A stretch of 64,000 nt of DNA, taken from Clostridia bacterium (GTDB taxonomy: Bacteria > Bacillota > Clostridia > Acetivibrionales > STF1-152). Below, in pieces: positions 60,465 to 64,000 of the stretch. Both the position numbers and the translations under genes were made by a program. The DNA is taken from the NCBI GenBank assembly GCA_028280575.1, contig JANQLN010000038.1, positions 11,267-75,266 of the forward strand. The letters run 5' to 3'. Numbering within the stretch: position 1 is the stretch's first letter; each line of letters opens with the position of its first letter. The notes under the pieces are model-generated. The model saw only the letters and a program-made list of their open reading frames with translations, was not told where the DNA came from and searched no databases.

Positions 60465-61474
60465 ATAAGTTGTCCTTGTTATTGACGAATCCATCTCATT
60501 GCCTTCGATGGCAGGTTGTCCGTGACCTTGGTTTGGAAACAGAAGAACTTGTAGAGCTTGAGGAAATGCGAAGACAAGATGCGATTTTACAAACACTACT
60601 GAAATTCCAAAATTCAGATGGTTCTTTTCGTCCAGATAAGTTAACGGCTACCAGTTCTGTTATACAAGCAACGGCTATAGCACTTACGAAGCTGGAATTC
60701 TTTGGGTTTGACAATTCTATGCCGGAAGTAGAACGTGCAGCTTCTTATCTTTTTTCGATTCAGCACAAAGATGGTTCTTGGCCATGTCAGAATGTTGACG
60801 TAGCAGATGGTGAAGCGTACGACATGGTGCCCCTTCAAACAGCATATCCGCTTTGGGGGCTTGCCAGCGTAGGGTATGCGAAACATCCTCAAGCAGAAAA
60901 AGGTTATGATTGGCTTCTTTCCAAACAGCTTGATGATGGTGCCTGGCCAGTGGGTACCGCATCAGGAAATTATGGGTATATTGCAGGTTACAGAAAGCTT
61001 CCAAATTCAAGACAGGGATGTCGTGTAAATACAATCTGTGCACTCCTTGCATTTTCTTATCATGAGGTAAGGAAAAAGGATACGAAAATACGCAGAGGAT
61101 TAGATGTGCTCCTTGGAAGACAAACCTATGACCGGTACTGTATGGGATATAATGCTGCCCGTTGCATTGGTGTTGAGCCATCCTCCGGCTTTTTCAGCTA
61201 TTTTGCTTATCATGATATTGTGATTATAGCTGAGTTAGTAGTAAGATTTGGTGGGGGTTTGCAAGACAATAGAATAGAAAAGTTAGTCATTTTTGTTAAT
61301 GAATGCCAAAATCCAATGGGATTATGGGAATATGAAAAATCTCCTGCGGTTACTCATTGGCTAACTTACAGACTTGGCAAAGCGATAGAGAAAATTGAAT
61401 ATAATGACAGTTGGATAAATATAAACCCTTCTGTTTCGCTGAATGCCTACAAAAAAGGAAAAATAAGGTTTTAG
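60461..61474 (+). CDS. prenyltransferase/terpene-cyclase-like (alpha/alpha toroid, QW-type repeat) protein
   Basis: Repeated Q-x-x-(D/M)-G-x-(W/F) motifs: FQNSDGSF, IQHKDGSWP, KQLDDGAWP, CQNPMGLWE. ATGA start/stop overlap with the UvrA-like gene. No DxDD or DDxxD motif seen. Confidence 0.65.
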   Translation: MNKLSLLLTNPSHCLRWQVVRDLGLETEELVELEEMRRQDAILQTLLKFQNSDGSFRPDKLTATSSVIQATAIALTKLEFFGFDNSMPEVERAASYLFSIQHKDGSWPCQNVDVADGEAYDMVPLQTAYPLWGLASVGYAKHPQAEKGYDWLLSKQLDDGAWPVGTASGNYGYIAGYRKLPNSRQGCRVNTICALLAFSYHEVRKKDTKIRRGLDVLLGRQTYDRYCMGYNAARCIGVEPSSGFFSYFAYHDIVIIAELVVRFGGGLQDNRIEKLVIFVNECQNPMGLWEYEKSPAVTHWLTYRLGKAIEKIEYNDSWININPSVSLNAYKKGKIRF

Positions 61475-61521
61475 TAAATTATGATAAAGCGTCACAAGAG
61501 AGCTTATATATCTACAATAAA

Positions 61522-62289
61522 ATGGCCTGTATGACAGATTTGAAAATTGGTGATTATGTAAGATTTAGAAAAATGGCTCTTGCAGCGGAGGACATTAAAA
61601 ATACTGATATAAAGGTTGTTGATCTATCGCTTAAATATGGATATAAATCTCCTGAAGCGTTCACAAGAACTTTTCAATCTTTTCATGGAATGCCGCCAAC
61701 AGTTGTTCGAAGGCTTGGGATATCCAAAAACTATCAACCAATCTCTTTTCAAATAAAAATTACCGGAGGTAGTATTATGACTGGTTTAAATTCATTGACT
61801 CGTATTGAAGAATTGGATAACGTAAAAGCAGTTTCTTTTCAGGCAAATTGTGATGGTCCTGAAACACCAGCATGGAATCAATTGCGGGAATGGGCTATAA
61901 AAAACTTGAACGACTACGAAGCAAGGAGGTATATTGGTTTTGCACCGATGGGACATCATCCTACAGGCGAAGACAACGATTTTCACTAATATAAAGCCCA
62001 AATGTTATTATATAGTGAAGAAGGATACAACGGCAATTTTTTTGGAATGGAGGTAATTGAAGCGCCGAAAGGATTATTCCTTGTTGGAGATGTAGTGTTG
62101 AATGAGTTTCACGAAGATGGGACCTTAGACTTAGGTGCGTCAATGAAAAAATCATCACAGATTATTTATGAGTGCATGTTGAACATGGGTGAATATGATA
62201 TAGATTTTGACGGAAGGACTTATTTAGAGGAACACATTTTCCCGGAAGAATGGTTTGTGGCTGATGATCCCTCAAAAATTCTAATTTGA
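61522..62289 (+). pseudogene. AraC-HTH/GyrI-like effector-binding regulator, N-terminally truncated with an in-frame stop
   Basis: Only the second AraC HTH is present (LKYGYKSPEAFTRTFQSFHGMPPTVVRR). The GyrI-like domain is interrupted by TAA at 61987-61989 and continues in the same frame as ORF 62002-62289. Confidence 0.65.
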
Positions 62290-62571
62290 GTTTAAGTTTT
62301 GGCTTCCTATAAAAAAGAAATAGTTTTTACATTTTGTCAACAATAAATTCCTTTTAATCTATCCCAATCATCCTTCACAAATTCATCAGGCGGAGCCTGG
62401 GATTTATGGATACCGAATTTAGCTTTAGTAACAAGAATTGGAAAGTGTTCATCTATTTTGTACACTAAAGACATGATAAGGTGACAAACCTGTTTTTAAA
62501 TAAAATGGCTTGAAATCAGGATTTGTCGCTTTTCATCTTGTCAGAAATCTAAAAGTATAAAGGAATATCAA

Positions 62572-62595
62572 CAAGCCAGAGGGACTTGAACCCTC
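62572..62595 (-). other. tRNA 3'-end remnant (T arm plus acceptor-like tail)
   Basis: The minus strand reads GAGGG-TTCAAGT-CCCTC, a perfect T arm with a canonical T loop, followed by TGGCTTG. No matching 5' half was found upstream. Confidence 0.45.
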
Positions 62596-62664
62596 ACATA
62601 ATAAAATGCGGCCGTGACGGTTTTAGACTGTTGCAGTTTTTTGTATGCTTAATAAAATATTTGA

Positions 62665-63060
62665 ATGGAGGAATTAACTATGACCAGAAGTGAATTGATC
62701 AAAGCGGGTATTCAAGCATCCTTTGAAACCGGTACATCCAAGATGGCAGACAAAATCTGCTATGGTTATTCAAAAGCTCCTAAGGGCAGTTTGACCATCA
62801 ATGAAAAGAAAGCTCAAATTATGCGATTCATTTTTGACCGCTATCACTGCGGTGACAGTTTAGGGAAAATCGTCAATACATTGGCTGAAAAGAAAGTGGC
62901 CTCCCCATCCGGCAAAGATAAGTGGAACCGTAAGGTTGTGGGATTGTCCAATGAAAAATATATTGGACAGGTTCTGCTTCAAAAGACAATTGTTCAGGAT
63001 CGTCAGCAAATCAAAAATAATATTAAAACACAGTATCTTCTAGAAGATGATTTTAAATGA
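62665..63060 (+). pseudogene. large serine recombinase fragment (central recombinase domain only)
   Basis: CYGYSKAPKGSLTINEKKAQIMRFIFDRYHCGDSLGKIVNTLAEKKVASPSGKDKWNRKVV..NEKYIGQ. It lacks the N-terminal catalytic Ser domain and the C-terminal zinc-ribbon/coiled coil. Confidence 0.7.
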
Positions 63061-63178
63061 TTAAAATTAAATCTTTAACTTTTTTCTACAAATTGATGTT
63101 ATAATATTATAGTAATAAAAGATAGCCTTGAAATAGTAAAATGAATAATAAAGATTACTATTTATTCAAAATGGAGGG

Positions 63179-63922
63179 ATGAAAACAATGCATATTAAAT
63201 GGAGAGCAGTTATAGTTACTACTATTTTAGGAATATTTATGTTATCAATATTTTTCGCTAAATATTATGCTGATAATAAAAAAAATAACGAAGTAGATAA
63301 TTCTACTGAATATAATAATATAAAAAAAAATAAACATGATATGTCCAAAGAACAAATTATTAAATGGATAGAAGAACAAGGAGAGAATGACACATATTAT
63401 TATGATGGACTTTCATATGAACTAGCCAATTTAGATAATGATTCTGAATTGGAAGTAGTTGCAAAAATTGAGGCTGGAGTAAATTTAGGGCAATTCTTTA
63501 TTTTTGATAAAAAACATGATGAAAGATACCACTTAATAATAGAGCTAGATTGGAAAGTAGAAAGTTGGAATTTATATAATCCTATAGCTGATCCTGTAGA
63601 AGTTGGAAACAAAAAAATATTTGAAATAGTAACTAGGACAGGAGGTACAGGAGTGGTTGTTTGTGAAGTTTATTTGTGGTATATAAAAGATGGAGAGTTT
63701 ATTCAAGCATGGAAAGGAATATTAAAAGAGCGATCAGTTTTTCAAGATGAATATTTTTTAAAAATAGGTAATTATCAATTTAATAATGAAAATAATCAAA
63801 TATATGCATGGTTAAGCAGTTATAAATATAAATTAGATGGAGTTACGCTTGAGGAGAGTTATGGAACTAATACGATGACTTACAGATTTGATGGAACTAA
63901 TTTTTGTTACATAGCACAATAA
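63179..63922 (+). CDS. membrane-anchored hypothetical protein
   Basis: N-terminal TM (AVIVTTILGIFMLSIFFA) and a very AT-rich gene. It contains ELANLDNDSELEVVA (FG-GAP-like loop). Confidence 0.55.
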   Translation: MKTMHIKWRAVIVTTILGIFMLSIFFAKYYADNKKNNEVDNSTEYNNIKKNKHDMSKEQIIKWIEEQGENDTYYYDGLSYELANLDNDSELEVVAKIEAGVNLGQFFIFDKKHDERYHLIIELDWKVESWNLYNPIADPVEVGNKKIFEIVTRTGGTGVVVCEVYLWYIKDGEFIQAWKGILKERSVFQDEYFLKIGNYQFNNENNQIYAWLSSYKYKLDGVTLEESYGTNTMTYRFDGTNFCYIAQ

Positions 63923-64000
63923 AACAACCTGCAAAGCATCGTAAAACCAGCCCAATAAGTTTTTTAAATTTCATATTTTAAATGGTGCATATATATTAGT

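Overview
This is a low-GC Firmicutes (Clostridia-type) chromosomal segment. Gene content resembles thermophilic, cellulolytic, spore-forming Clostridia, but the taxon cannot be proven from the sequence alone. The layout is as follows. (1) 0-9.6 kb is an accessory islet ending at tRNA-Val. It holds a methyltransferase, three NUDIX genes (one truncated), a GNAT fragment, a DUF3990/DUF3791 operon, a Fic/VbhA toxin-antitoxin pair, a collagen-like/beta-propeller protein and a GT2-TPR glycosyltransferase. An exact 24-nt repeat punctuates it three times. (2) 9.8-15.1 kb is a three-gene operon: a degenerate helicase, a UvrD helicase and a Cas4-like PD-(D/E)XK nuclease. (3) 15.4-26.3 kb holds envelope and spore-wall genes (DUF4097, GH18-LysM, LysM-YkuD proteins), a ROK regulator, a split ChrA pair, an anSME-type radical SAM enzyme and an LCP protein. 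(4) 26.6-47.3 kb is a very dense [FeFe]-hydrogenase region. It has three paralogous NuoE/NuoF/HydA clusters, one carrying a NuoF-GltD fusion, plus a HydS-like putative sensory hydrogenase embedded in a DRTGG/kinase/PHP module. (5) 47.7-63 kb mixes decayed and accessory DNA: tRNA-like remnants, an orphan antitoxin, a GH43/GPH/GH3/AraC sugar cluster, MerR and AraC/GyrI pseudogenes, and a serine-recombinase fragment. It also holds the most unusual item in the window: a 1613-aa tandem-duplicated UvrA-like protein with four ABC ATPase modules, translationally coupled to a 337-aa terpene-cyclase/prenyltransferase-like repeat protein. No CRISPR array, rRNA or intact transposase was seen. All calls rest on reading motifs in the supplied translations and the DNA. 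No database search was run.
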